From the NCBI GenBank assembly GCA_964106915.2, contig OZ066916.1: 64,000 nt of DNA. One strand, given 5' to 3'. The notes beneath the pieces were generated by a model. It saw only the letters and a program-made list of their open reading frames with translations. It made no database searches and was not told the origin of the DNA. Shown in pieces: positions 25,078 through 36,860 of this stretch (positions are counted from its first letter, which is position 1; each line of letters begins with the position of its first letter). This stretch comes from Podarcis gaigeae (taxonomy: Eukaryota). A program made the translations under genes and the position numbers.

Positions 25078-25248
25078 TTGTTGTTTAGTCATTTAGTCGT
25101 GTCCGACTCTTCGTGACCTCATGGACCAGAGCACGCCAGGCACTCCTGTCTTCCACTGCCTCCTGCAGTTTAGTCAAGCTCATGCTGGTAGCTTCGAGAA
25201 CACTGTCCAACCATCTCGTCCTCTGCCATCCCCTTCTCTTTGTGCCCT
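25078..25248 (-). mobile_element. BovB LINE short 3' fragment
   Basis: TTGTTTAGTCATTTAGTCGTGTCCGACTCTTCGTGAC matches the BovB 3' end; imperfect flanking repeat ATATTACACAT. Confidence 0.92.
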
Positions 25249-25719
25249 TGTGTAATAATGTGTAATATTACACATTACATTGTTATAACTTTATACAGGC
25301 ATTCAGCTAAGACCACTCCGCAACAGACAAAAGATTGTAAATTCTTTATTGACATTATCTTTTGGCCAGTAATACAGAAACTGCAGTTCCAGTTTCACAA
25401 GTTAGCATTATTAATACAATGTTCAAAATGACATTTAATAGTAATAATTGTCCATGATTTATTTTAATGTCATCTGTTGTGCATCATTGTATCTACATCT
25501 TAAGAAAGAATTATGGAAAAGAAAGATACCTGCAAGGCAGACTATGTTGTTTACCACATGAGTTTCAAACATGTGGTCCTTTTTCACTTCTCTCTGGAAA
25601 GTACAGATAGTGCGGTCACCTGTCACAACTTGAGAGGATTGCTGTTCCACAGAGAATGGACAGGGGCACACAAAGCCCTGCTCCAAGTTACTGCAGATTT
25701 AGTTTCTGAGATCTTTGGA

Positions 25720-26000
25720 ACTTTACAGTAGAAACTTTCTAGCAGACTGCATCAAAGGGATAAGGAGATCTCTCATGTAACCTGTTCCTGAGCTGCAGAG
25801 GACCTTATATGTTAGCAATAGCACCTTGAATCTGACCTGGTAGCAGACTGGAAGACAGTGCAAATCCCACAAGTAGTCTGTTAAATGCACAAGCAAAACT
25901 AACTGCTGTGTTCTACAGCTTCTGGGTAGCCTCACACAAAACGCATTACAGGAATCCAATTGTAAGGTTACCAGAGCATGGTCCAGCTGTCCTAATCCAG
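25720..26000 (-). mobile_element. Degenerate L2 LINE ORF2 fragment
   Basis: HALVTLQLDSCNA...LHCLPVCYQVRFKVLLLTYKVL resembles L2 HALVTSRLDYCN...LHWLPV..R.FKVLLLTYKAL. Confidence 0.8.
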
Positions 26001-26370
26001 GAATTGCTGTAGCTGTATTACCAACCAAAGTTCTTAATTTATGAATTCAACCACTAGTGAATTAGACCTCCTCTAGTCCACTTGGTTTTCATGCATTGTT
26101 TCAGGAGTGTCACAGTTGTTCTCAGGATCAGATGAGATTAATAGAAAAAATAGCCGGCTGTCCTCAGCATTTTGCCATCACTCCCCAGAAAAAAATGGGT
26201 GTATTATGAACAAGGTTAAATGATTCATTGTATAATTGGAAGATGAAGGACTTTCCTATCACTTTTGGACAAGAATTCAAAATTTTAGGTATTAGCTATC
26301 ATGCCGTCTTCCAACCCTTAATTTCCTTAAGCTGTGCATGCTCGTTTCTTTCAGCCTTGCCTTGTACACT

Positions 26371-28199
26371 TTGTTTGTTGTTGTTGTTGTTGTTTAGTCG
26401 TTTAGTCGTGTCCGACTCTTCGTGACCCCATGGACCAGAGAACGCCAGGCACCTCTGTCCTCCACTGCCTCCCGCAGTTTGTTCAAACTCATGCTGGTAA
26501 CCTCGAAAACACTATCCAACCATCTCGTCCTCTGTCGCCCCCTTCTCCTTGTGCCCTCCATCTTTCCCAACATCAGGGTCTTCTCCAGGGAGTCTTCTCT
26601 TCTCATGAGGTGCTCAAAGTATTGGAGCCTCAGCTTCACTATCTGTCCTTCCAGTGAGCACTCAGGGCTGATTTCCTTCAGAATGGAGAGGTTTGATCTT
26701 CTTGCAGTCCATGGGACTCTCAAGAGTCTCCTCCAGCACCATAATTCAAAAGCATCAATTCTTCGGCAATCAGCCTTCTTTATGGTCCAGCTCTCACTTC
26801 CATACATCACTACTGGGAAAACCATAGCTTTAACTATACGAACCTTTGTTGGCAAGGTGATGTCTCTACTTCTCAAGATGCTATCTAGGCCTGTCATTGC
26901 CCTTCTCCCAAGAAGCAGACGTCTTTTAATTTCGTGGCTGCTGTCACCATCTGCAGTGATCATGGAGCCCAAGAAAGTAAAATCTCTCACTACCTCCATT
27001 TCTTCCCCTTCTATTTGCCAGGAGGTGATGGGCCCAGTGGCCATGATCTTCGTTTTTTTGATGTTGAGCTTCAGACCATATTTTGCGCTCTCCTCTTTCA
27101 CCCCCATTAAAAGGTTCTTTAATTCCTCCTCACTTTCTGCCATCAAGGTTGTGTCATCTGCATATCTGAGGTTGTTGATATTTCTTCCGGCAATCTTAAT
27201 TCCGGCTTCAGATTCATCCAGCCCAGCCTTTTGCATGATGAATTCTGCATATAAGTTGAATAAGCAGGGAGACAATATACAGCCTTGTCGTACTCCTTTC
27301 CCAATTTTGAACCAATCAGTTGTTCCATATCCAGTTCTAACTGTAGCTTCTTGTCCCGCATAGAGATTTCTCAGGAGACAGATGAGGTGATCAGGCACTC
27401 CCATTTCTTTAAGGACTTGCCATAGTTTGCTGTGGTCGACACAGTCAAAGGCTTTTGCATAGTCAATGAAGCAGAAGTAGATGTCTTTCTGGAACTCTCT
27501 AGCTTTCTCCATAATCCAGCGCATGTTTGCAATTTGGTCTCTGGTTCCTCTGCCTCTTCTAAATCCAGCTTGCACTTCTGGGAGTTCTCGGTCCACATAC
27601 TGCTTGAGCCTTCCTTGTAGAATTTTAAGCATAACCTTGCTAGCGTGTGAAATGAGTGCAATTGTGCGATAGTTGGAGCATTCTTTGGCACTGCCCTTCT
27701 TTGGGATTGGGATGTAGACTGATCTTCTCCAATCTTCTGGCCACTGCTGAGTTTTCCAAACTTGCTGGCATATTGAGTGTAGCACCTTAACAGCATCATC
27801 TTTTAAAATTTTAAATAGTTCAGCTGGAATACCATCACTTCCACTGGCCTTGTTATTTGCAGTGCTTTCTAAGGCCCATTTGACTTCACTCTCCAGGATG
27901 TCTGGCTCAAGGTCAGCAACCACACTACCTGGGGTGTATGGGACATCCATATCTTTCTGGTATAATTCCTCTGTGTATTCTTGCCACCTCTTCTTGATGT
28001 CTTCTGCTTCTGTTAGGTCCTTTCCACTTTTGTCCTTTATTATGGAAATCTTTGTACGAAATGTTCCTTTCATATCTCCAATTTTCTTGAACAGATCTCT
28101 GGTTCTTCCCATTCTATTGCTTTCCTCTATTCCTTTGCATTGCTCGTTTAAGAAGGTCTTCTTGTCTCTCCTTGCTATTCTTTGGAAATCTGCATTCAA
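26371..28199 (-). mobile_element. BovB (RTE) LINE, 1.83 kb, 5'-truncated
   Basis: Uninterrupted RT ORF, (CAA)n tail, 9-bp TSD TTGTACACT at 26362-26370 and 28200-28208. Confidence 0.97.
26394..28199 (-). CDS. BovB reverse transcriptase ORF (partial, no endonuclease domain)
   Basis: 601 codons without a stop; non-LTR RT motifs NYRTIAL, QAGFR, FIDYAKAFD, GVRQGCILSP, RYADD; begins at the truncation point (TTG), so probably not expressed. Confidence 0.85.
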   Translation of the reverse strand: MNADFQRIARRDKKTFLNEQCKGIEESNRMGRTRDLFKKIGDMKGTFRTKISIIKDKSGKDLTEAEDIKKRWQEYTEELYQKDMDVPYTPGSVVADLEPDILESEVKWALESTANNKASGSDGIPAELFKILKDDAVKVLHSICQQVWKTQQWPEDWRRSVYIPIPKKGSAKECSNYRTIALISHASKVMLKILQGRLKQYVDRELPEVQAGFRRGRGTRDQIANMRWIMEKAREFQKDIYFCFIDYAKAFDCVDHSKLWQVLKEMGVPDHLICLLRNLYAGQEATVRTGYGTTDWFKIGKGVRQGCILSPCLFNLYAEFIMQKAGLDESEAGIKIAGRNINNLRYADDTTLMAESEEELKNLLMGVKEESAKYGLKLNIKKTKIMATGPITSWQIEGEEMEVVRDFTFLGSMITADGDSSHEIKRRLLLGRRAMTGLDSILRSRDITLPTKVRIVKAMVFPVVMYGSESWTIKKADCRRIDAFELWCWRRLLRVPWTARRSNLSILKEISPECSLEGQIVKLRLQYFEHLMRREDSLEKTLMLGKMEGTRRRGRQRTRWLDSVFEVTSMSLNKLREAVEDRGAWRSLVHGVTKSRTRLND

Positions 28200-28349
28200 T
28201 TGTACACTACATAGTTTAAACGTTTAATCCCATATTTACTACTCTTCCTCTTCCTCCTCAGGACATTCTTTTCCCCTCATTAGGACAACAATGAAGGTCC
28301 AGAATCAAAAGCTCCAAAGAATGTATCAAATATTCTATTTGTGCACCAA

Positions 28350-28727
28350 TTCCTGAGTGTTCATTTGGATGCAGAAGCTCCCATGTTCAGCCCTGAAATC
28401 TAAGGTTGGGAGAATCTCCCCTGGAGACCTATTGACCAACGGAGTGGACACTACAGTGGTACCTCGGGTTAAGTACTTAATTTGTTCCGGAGGTCCATTC
28501 TTAACCTGAAACTGTTCTTAACTTGAAGACCACTTTAGTTAATGGGGCTTCCTGCTGCTGCTGCTGCTGCACCGCCGGAGCATGATTTCTGTTCTCACCC
28601 TGAAGCAAAGTTCTTAACCTGAGGTACTATTTCTGGGTTAGTGGAGTACATAACTTGAAGCATCTGTAACCTGAGGTACCACTGTACTGGTCTGGAGGGG
28701 CTGGAGGCCTACCTCAGTATAAGGCAA
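28350..28727 (+). mobile_element. Degenerate tRNA-derived SINE (Squam2-like) interrupted by a MITE
   Basis: ATGCAGAAGCTCCCATGTTCA head and CTCAGTATAAGGCA tail, similar to 36250-36760 and 51738-51973. Confidence 0.5.
28454..28684 (-). mobile_element. Tc1/mariner MITE, family A, complete
   Basis: TA-CAGTGGTACCTC ... GAGGTACCACTG-TA; (CTG)6 at 28552-28569. Confidence 0.92.
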
Positions 28728-29221
28728 TGGATAATAACATACAGTATATATGCGCTCCACCGCCACCACCACCCCAGCAAAATACAGCTAAATAGAATCC
28801 AATTTTTGTCCATTTCCTACTTAAGCATATTGTGTAAGCAAGAATCTCAAAAACAAACACACAAAGTGGTCTCATGGGATCTAATTCGCTATGTGGTATG
28901 AGTATGATGGCTAGTAATGTCTGCTCTTGTTTACAGTATGCAAAGTGCTCTATTATTTTTTATCTCATTTGTATTTGCAACAATCCTGTTTGGTATATAT
29001 ACAATCTCTTACCTGATTCGTATTAATTCAGGGGAATCCCACTGGTTTTCTGTGACCTTGCAGCCCGTTGGGGGGGAGGGGGGAATTGGCACAGCCTTGT
29101 TTGAGGCTGCCCAGAAAGCGCCTTGGCTGAATAACCTTGGTTGCGTCTTCCATAGGCAAACTTAAAGTTTTGCCTATTGCAGAACGTTGATGCCGGACAC
29201 TGGTAGGCACATAGGAGTATT

Positions 29222-29354
29222 CAGTGCTGTGTGTGCTTTTTCTAATAGAAAAAAAATAGGTGCTGGTACTCACCATGAAGTTGTTACACTAAGTGCCACA
29301 TTTTTAACATTTGGGGGGAAAGTACCATTGAGTACCCTCAGGAAAAAAGCACTG
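29222..29354. mobile_element. Old hAT-like MITE
   Basis: CAGTGCT ... AGCACTG termini; TSD degenerate. Confidence 0.45.
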
Positions 29355-30124
29355 ACGGTACTCCTAACTCATTATTGTGGGCAAAAGTCAATATTGTCCA
29401 GACTATGCATATACCCCAGAGCTTCAGATGAATATTTCTTGTGTGTGTATCTGCTGCGGCGTACGCATGTGTGTGTGTGTTTGCGCTGCGCTGGCCCGCA
29501 CCTGTCCGTTTGTCAGCTTGCGCTTCATTTGGCGGCTCGCACAGCTTCATCTGCCCTCTGCACATGTGATTAAATATTAATTAGGCTTCTAATATAAGCA
29601 AGTGAGTTCACAGGCCCAAGCGCCACATACATAATGCATGAGGTACCCGAAGGCTCAGCCTGAAAAGCTGATTGGCCACCTTGGATTTGTATAATTATGA
29701 AGTTTCATTATTAACAGTGGAGGCAGTGGAGAGATTTGCCTAGCTTGAGGGACTTTGAAAGCATAAGCTGTCTCATTAGGGAAAAGGGGAATAAGGCATA
29801 ATATGCAAACTTGTTAGCAGGAGGGGGAGGGAGGGGAAAAAAATAAAAATTAAGCCCCGTTCTTTAACAGGAGCATTGTGTGTGTATGTGTGCGGGTATA
29901 TATTAAAAAATAATTTAAGATGGCGGGGAAAACCTGAAATTCAAATATAAGAGTTTGCCTGCTCTGCCTTTCACCACTTTCCTTTTATTCGGGAGGCTCT
30001 TTTTTGCTTCAAAGCATTTACGCTTCATATATAACAATCTTTAATATTTTACTGAAAAATCCACAGGTAGCTTAATAGGTTCAGCAAAGTGAGAGGTGTG
30101 GAGGTGTGAGAGAATGAAGACCGT

Positions 30125-30368
30125 NNNNNNNNNNNNNNNNNNNNNNNNNNNNNNNNNNNNNNNNNNNNNNNNNNNNNNNNNNNNNNNNNNNNNNNNNNNN
30201 NNNNNNNNNNNNNNNNNNNNNNNNNNNNNNNNNNNNNNNNNNNNNNNNNNNNNNNNNNNNNNNNNNNNNNNNNNNNNNNNNNNNNNNNNNNNNNNNNNNN
30301 NNNNNNNNNNNNNNNNNNNNNNNNNNNNNNNNNNNNNNNNNNNNNNNNNNNNNNNNNNNNNNNNNNNN
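30125..30368. other. Assembly gap (244 N)
   Basis: Run of N. Confidence 1.
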
Positions 30369-31034
30369 GAATAGGCTGAGAAGATGATTTAGAACTCTGG
30401 AAGAGAGAAAAAACCCCTGTTACTCTGACTTTTTTCTTCTTCTTGAAGCTAGGATGGGCTGGAAAATAAAAATAAAAATCTTGCTAAATGTTAGCCATTT
30501 GCTTGTGATAACAGAAAATTGTCCATCCTGCTTTCTCTCCCCTCCTCCACTTGAAAAAAAAGAAGGCAGGTTAAATTGCTAACTAGTTCATTTTATCCAT
30601 TGCCGGTGGCTTGGCACTAAATGTCAGTGACAAATTTTGTACTTGTCTTGAAGAATGAATTAAGTTATGCACAAAAGCTATAGTGCTCTTTTTAAGATGA
30701 GTGAATTGCAAAGAAAGTGGGGGGAGTTGCTCTTTTGGGGGAAAAAAAGATTATATCGATTAAAGGCCTTTTCTATTGTAATGGAAGATAGGTAGTGGTT
30801 TAAGATAATTCTAAGTGTTACCTCCCACGGAGGCTGCAGTCCTTTGCTAGAAATTTCTCTAAGAGCTCTCATGTCACTTCATATAGCATGATTATTATCA
30901 TAAGGCCATTTGTGATGGTAAGGAAAAAACAATTACAGAAAGCAACAACAATTATTGATTGACTAAAGTAAAACTTGCTCCCTTCCATTCAAAGAGGTCA
31001 GCTCTTTACTACTATTAGGTAAAACTTTTTTTAC

Positions 31035-31035
<1 letters not shown>

Positions 31036-31068
<33 letters not shown>
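31036..31068. repeat. (GT)n microsatellite
   Basis: About 16 perfect GT units. Confidence 0.97.
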
Positions 31069-31069
<1 letters not shown>

Positions 31070-32492
31070 TAACAATTTGCAATACAGTATTGCCTGTGAA
31101 CAGTTGATAAGGAAGAATAATTTATCCAACAATTTGTATTTGAAGAATCTGAGACTTCATAATCCATCCAGCTCTTACCTGTTGGGAGCGGTTATCCCCT
31201 TTCATTTATGAGTCAACAAAATATTAAATTACACATGTTAACATCACATCAGTTAATGTGCTCTAGCTGTCCCTTTGAATAAGTCTCTACCTGCCCTCAT
31301 TTAGCAGTTTTAACTTTTCTGGTGAGTCATCAGTGTCACAAACTGCAGTGTTGCACCCTCCATGTGGAACACCAACACTCTACTTTAGGGCTGTAACATT
31401 TCAAACACTTACTGAAAAATGATTCTTAGAGTAGGCTTAATAAAGTTTCAATAGCCAGTACTAACTTCTTATCCTCAGAAAAAGAAAATCCTCCTTCACA
31501 TCCTTCAAGTTTCAATAATTCTCTCTAGACCCAAGGACCCATTTTCTACTGTCACCACTTGTCCCAGCAGAAGCTGCCTCAGAAGATACATAAAGCATAC
31601 ACTCAAAGGTGGCTTCTGATTGGTGGAGCAGAAGGCAAAAAAGCCATCAGTAGGTGGGACCAGAGCTAATGATAGGCAGAGCCAACTAAATCCACTTTTG
31701 TCCTCCCTCTTCCTGCCTACTGAGTTGCACAAGGGCAAAATTGAAGCCGAGAAGGAGAAAGCTGACAGTTAATGCCCTTCTTCTGACTGGATGCAAGTAA
31801 GAAGGCAGGCAGGTGAGAGCTGGTTGAGGATAGACTAATGCTGGTGAGGCACCACCCAATGGTCCATTTGCCTCAATGGACCAGTCTCCAGTGTTTGGGT
31901 GCTTGGTACCATGAATACCAAACACATGAAGGATTCTCCAAGAGTGCACCCTTATAGACCTGCCCCTAGCCTCTGCTACGCCATGTCCCCCAGCTGACAT
32001 GGGATCTGCATTAGTCTGAAGGTGGTCAACTCATGTACAAATCTATTCAAGCAGGGCTCCCCTCCACAGGGGTGACAGCACTTTTTGGTCAGGGCTTGCA
32101 TTGCTGTGGAAAAACCTAAGCATCTACATGTATAGACACATGGGGCCTCCTTCAGAATAATACCTGTCAAGCCCCTTAGATGAAGCATGTTAGCATTTAG
32201 GGCAGGGGTAGTCAATGTGGTGCCATCCCAACATTATGGACTGCAGTTTCTATCCTTTTTGCCCATTGGCCATGCTTGCTGGGGCTGACTTAGGAGGCAG
32301 GGCTAGCTGGATATGTTCTTAAAAGCCCCTTCATCCAGTCAGCAACGAAGGTGCCAAAGGGCTAAGGTTATTGCATTATTATATCGCCCCAAATATGCTC
32401 TTCTCTTTAGGCAGGGCCAAGTTGTTTGGTTTAAGTGCAAGGCAGATTTTTGTCTGAGTCTTTGAGTGAATTAAAATAATAGAATCTGAACT

Positions 32493-32773
32493 AAAGCATC
32501 CATGACAGATGGCGATCCAATCTCTGCTTTTAAAAAAGCCTCCAATGAAAGAGTCTACCACCTTCCAAGGAATTCTGTTCCATTGTCAGAACAGCTCTTA
32601 CCGTCAAAGTTCTTCCTGATGTTTAGTCAGAATCTCCTTTCTTGTAACGTGAATTTATTGGATTGAATCCTACCCTCTGGAGCAGGAGAAAACAAGCTTG
32701 CTCCATCTTCCATATGACAGCCCTTTAGATTTATCATATCTCTTCTCACTCTGTTCTTTTACAGGCTAAACAT
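32493..32773 (-). mobile_element. CR1 LINE 3' fragment
   Basis: Homologous to 23659-23897 (GCAGGAGAAAACAAGCTTG) and extends further toward the CR1 3' end. Confidence 0.8.
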
Positions 32774-32974
32774 TAAACTCTCACATGTTCAAAAAGAGAA
32801 TGGGAAACTCTTGGGTGAAGGTTCTGTTTATTATTTACCAAATTTAAAATCATGCAAACTAAATCATGTTACTGATGATTGTTTGATTAAGCCACATGCT
32901 TTTGAGAACAAACTTCAGTGGGTTTGAAATTATTTATTACCCGATCTTCACTATAAGGGTTGTAAATGCAATGC

Positions 32975-32977
<3 letters not shown>

Positions 32978-33042
<65 letters not shown>
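32978..33042. repeat. Compound (CT)n(GT)n(AT)n microsatellite
   Basis: Directly visible; abuts a MITE. Confidence 0.95.
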
Positions 33043-33043
33043 G

Positions 33044-33717
33044 CAGTGGTACCTCAGGATAAGAACTTACCATATTTTTCGCCCTATAGGACGCACCGGC
33101 CCATAGGACGCACCTAGTTTCTTTGGGGGGGGGGAATAAAGAAAAAAAATTATTCCCCCCCAGCCGCGGGAACTCCCACAGGGCTCCCTAGGCTGCGGAT
33201 AGCTTCCCGAAGCACGGGGCGCTCTGCTTCATTGCGCCCCGCTCTCCGGTCAGGCAGGCTGAGGATATCTGCCCGAAGCGCGGGGCGCTCTGCTTCAGTG
33301 CGCCCCATGCTCCGGGCAAGCAGGCTGCTATCCACAGCCTAGGGAGCCCTGCTGGAACTCCCACAGGCCCCCCAGGCTTACGGATAGCTTCCTGAAGCCT
33401 GGAGAGAGAGGGGGGTCGGTGCGCTCCAAGCTTCAGCGAAAGCCTGCATTCACCCCATAGGACGCACACACATTTCCCCTTCATTTTTGGAGGGGAAAAG
33501 TGCGTCCTATAGGGCGAAAAATACGGTAATTCATTCTGGAGGTCCGTTCTTAATCTGAAATTGTTCTCAACCTGAGGTACCACTTTAGCTAATGGGGACT
33601 CCCATTGCTACCGTGCGATTTCTGTTCTCATCCTGAAGCAAATTTCTTAACCCGAGGTACTATTTCTGGGTTACCGGAGTCTGTAACCTGAACCATCTGT
33701 AACCCAAGGTACCACTG
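33044..33717 (-). mobile_element. Tc1/mariner MITE family A, split by a nested element
   Basis: CAGTGGTACCTCAGG at 33044 and CCAAGGTACCACTG-TA at 33717; removing the insert and one TA restores AAGAACTTAATTC. Confidence 0.9.
33070..33526. mobile_element. Tc2/pogo-type non-autonomous DNA transposon, GC-rich, nested
   Basis: 27-bp TIRs CC(A/G)TATTTTTCGCCCTATAGGACGCAC with one mismatch; TA TSD at 33068-33069 and 33527-33528. Confidence 0.9.
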
Positions 33718-34638
33718 TATATGTATAAGTATGTATGTGTGCGTTTGCAAGGAGACTAGCCATGGGATGCTATTCACGATCTTCCTGTTATTAGCTGGGC
33801 TTTTTACACTGTATATATCACTTCACCTTTATTCCTTCCTCCCTTTTCCTTTTGTTACATAGATCTGTGCCTGTCATATGAGAGGAGGTGAGCTTGCTTC
33901 TCTTCTCTGCTGTTATACTATTGGTCAGTTCAACTTTTCACTGTCTTTAAGAGACGAGGAACTAATAGACTGGAAATATTTTGCATAGGTTTGGGACTGC
34001 TGGTATTATTTCCTGCATCCCTTCCCAGCTCATCCTTTGATCACATGGGCCCATAATTCTTCTATATTTGGTGGAAGGATCCTCGACAACTCTCAAAACA
34101 ACAAGTGCACAGTTGCCAGTGCCATGGAAATACACATTTTTTATTACTGTTGCTTGTTAAGTTTCTCCACCAAAGGATTCGGCAGTGTTTAATGGCTCAT
34201 CTTGTAATACTTCCACAACGCCTCTTTGTACAGATATGGAAATCAAACTATCCATATCAGATGTTTGTTGTGTCCTTGATTTTCACTGGTTTTTATTAGT
34301 GTGAGTGCTGCCATACAATATAAGTGTTACATTGTCTAAAATAAGTGTTTGTGTAGCTTCCATAATCTGCTTCTTGGTGAAAATACATGGTTTAAGGTCT
34401 GCACCTTCTCCAGACACTATGGGCAGTATCTAATGTAGGTACCGGTACTTACCACAATGATTTCTCCCCTCACCCCAGATGTGCTCCGGAGGGTTGGGAG
34501 AGCTCCCATAAGAGATCTGAGGGGAGGCAGGGGTGAAGCTCCATTGCATACGTGTAAATCGTTGCACTCACAGTGTGTGTTACATTGGATGTAGCCCCAA
34601 GGGCCCATTCCTACAGTGCCCCTTTCTGTGCAGTTGCT

Positions 34639-35078
34639 TGTTGTTGTTTAGTCATTTAGTCGTGTCTGACCCTTCGTGACCCCATGGACCAGAGCACACC
34701 AGGCACTCCTGTCTTCCACTGCCTCCCGCAGTTTGGTCAAACTCATGTTAGTAGCTTTGAGAACACTGTCCAACCATCTCGTCCCCTTCTCCTTGTGTCC
34801 TCCATCTTCCCCAACATCAGGGTCTTTTCCAGGGAGTCTTCTCTTCTCATGAGGTGGCCAAAGTATTGGAGCCTCAGCTTCATGATCTGTCCTTCCAGTG
34901 AGCACTCAGGGTTGATTTCCTTAAGAATGGAGAGGTTTGATCTTCTTGCAGTCCATGGGACTCTCAAGAGTCTCCTCCAGCACCATAATTCAAAAGCATC
35001 AATTCTTCGGCAATCAGCCTTCTTTATGCTCCAGCTCTCACTTCCATACATCACTACTGGGAAAACCATAGCTTTCAC
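34639..35078 (-). mobile_element. BovB LINE 3' fragment
   Basis: Encodes KAMVFPVVMYGSESW...; 12-bp TSD TGTGCAGTTGCT at 34627-34638 and 35084-35095; small internal deletion near 34780. Confidence 0.95.
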
Positions 35079-36249
35079 TTTGTTGTGCAGTTGCTACTCA
35101 GGTAGAATTTGACCTGGGGAGATAGAAAGGGCAGATGACATGGCTACTTCCCATGTTAGCATCCTCCACATCTAAGAAAGCAATTATAATGTTCAGGTAA
35201 TGTAAGATCAAGCCCTTGGAAAAACAGCTCATATCTCCAGAGAGGTGCATTCTTTGTGTTTTCTCGACTGGAGTATATACAAGGTATGCGATGCTCCCCG
35301 ATTAACTTCTGATGCTGTTATTTCAAATTTTCTGTTTATGACAATTTCAGATGTTTTTGGCAGACAATCCAAGGGGGACTACAGCAAGAGCAAAACAAAA
35401 GCTGGGATTTATTTAATTTGGCTTTTTCAAGTGCTGTTTTGGCACGCGGAGTGTTCTGGCTCTAAGGGCATTGTATAAATAGAATCTGCATTTTGCGGTG
35501 GTGTTTACCAAAATCCTCCTTGCCTCACACCCCTGTAAACCTTTGATGGTTTTATTATTCAGGGGTGGGGAAGTAGGCAGAATGCAAGGAAAGCTACAGA
35601 ATGATTTAACACTGTGGGAACCTAATCAATAAGGCTGTTGTAGAGAGCTCCCAGGGAAGAGAGCTGTTTTCCATCCAGATGATAATGAGGCAGACTAGCA
35701 GCAACCTCTAGAGATAAATACTGGAGCAGTGATTTTTTGTGGTGCTGCTTTCTTAGTTACTAATTAATAGTTTTGGGGTCAGCAAGACACCTTTTGGCCT
35801 CTATGATACCTACAAACTTTCTTATGGTTAGTCTCACTTGACTTTTCTACCATCAGGGGTCACTCTAGGCTGATTAAATCATGCCAAATCTAACTAAACA
35901 GAATGTATGCATACTCAGGCAATTAATTCCTGAATCCTACAGTCTTCTCTAATTTTTATTAAGTAAATTGCTTAATTTTTATTCAGATCCCTAGATGATG
36001 GAACCGGTGCATTTTTTAAAAAAACATTTTTATTTACTGTCCATTATAACCTGTATTATTTCTTCAGGAAGAAATACTTGGGGGAAGCAGTGTCAGGCAT
36101 GTTGGGTGGCCACTTATGCATCTCCAAAAATAATACAAAGGTGGACATATATTTGTATATGCTGAATTATATGTATAGATGCAAATTTGGAAATAATTAT
36201 AGTTCAAACAGAAATATAAAGCATCTAAACATAATGCAGAAGACTGTGA

Positions 36250-36760
36250 GCAGGTGGCAGGAATGTACCTTAGTAGTAGAACACGTCTTTCAGGTTCAGA
36301 AGGTCCTAGGATCAGTCCCTGGCATCTCCAGGTAGGACTGGGAGAGGCCCTTCATGAAATCCCAGAGAGCTGCTCCCAGGGCCTGGCCCCATGGTACAAA
36401 GATCCCTCCCCCCCCCCATTTCTCAGAGTTGCCAACCTTTTTACGACGCTGCTGGCAGCTTTGTGGAGCTGGAGGAGGCAGGCAGCAGCTGGAGGGTGGC
36501 TCCTTCGGTGGGGAAGAGGCGGAGGCTCCACGCGTGACTCTGCTTCAGCAAGGCGGGCAAGGGCAGTGAGCTGATGCTAGGAGGGGCTGCGCCCAGCCTC
36601 TGCCTCTTCCCTGGCACCCTCCAGAACTTGGTGCCCCGGTGCCCCACGCCACTAGCCTCTATGGGTAAGATGCTCCTGGCTGCCGCCAACCAGTGTAGAA
36701 TATACTGAGCTAGATGATCCCAACTGTTTGACTTGGTATAAAGTGGTTTCCTATGTTCCC
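36250..36760 (+). mobile_element. tRNA-derived SINE (Squam2-like), interrupted
   Basis: CAGAAGGTCCTAGG..CCCTGGCATCTCCAGGTAGG head; CAGTGTAGAATATACTGAGCTAGATG...TTCCTATGTTCC tail. Confidence 0.7.
36377..36678. mobile_element. GC-rich hAT-like non-autonomous insertion in a SINE
   Basis: CAGG...CCTG termini; GCTGCTCC/GCTGCCGC flanks (6/8); the host SINE resumes after it. Confidence 0.6.
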
Positions 36761-36860
36761 ATGATCTTTCTCCTTGCTCCGTCTGGTGCTAACTGTAGGG
36801 CCCTGTCCTCTCTACTTACGGCTCTGTCTTTAAATGTATTTTTAACCGGGATTTTAAATA

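Larger units (their letters stand above)
28870..30960. promoter_or_regulatory. Candidate conserved non-coding element / enhancer block
   Basis: Largely repeat-free, retains CpGs (29440-29540), dense TAAT/ATTA sites; conservation not tested; spans an assembly gap. Confidence 0.4.

Noticed and set aside
26422-27363. 313-aa plus-strand ORF and similar ORFs at 1936-2430, 17930-18271 and 34684-35112
   Set aside because: Antisense shadows of the BovB RT frame; no independent coding evidence.
30096-30374. ORFs spanning N runs (also 49564-50056)
   Set aside because: Artefacts of assembly gaps.
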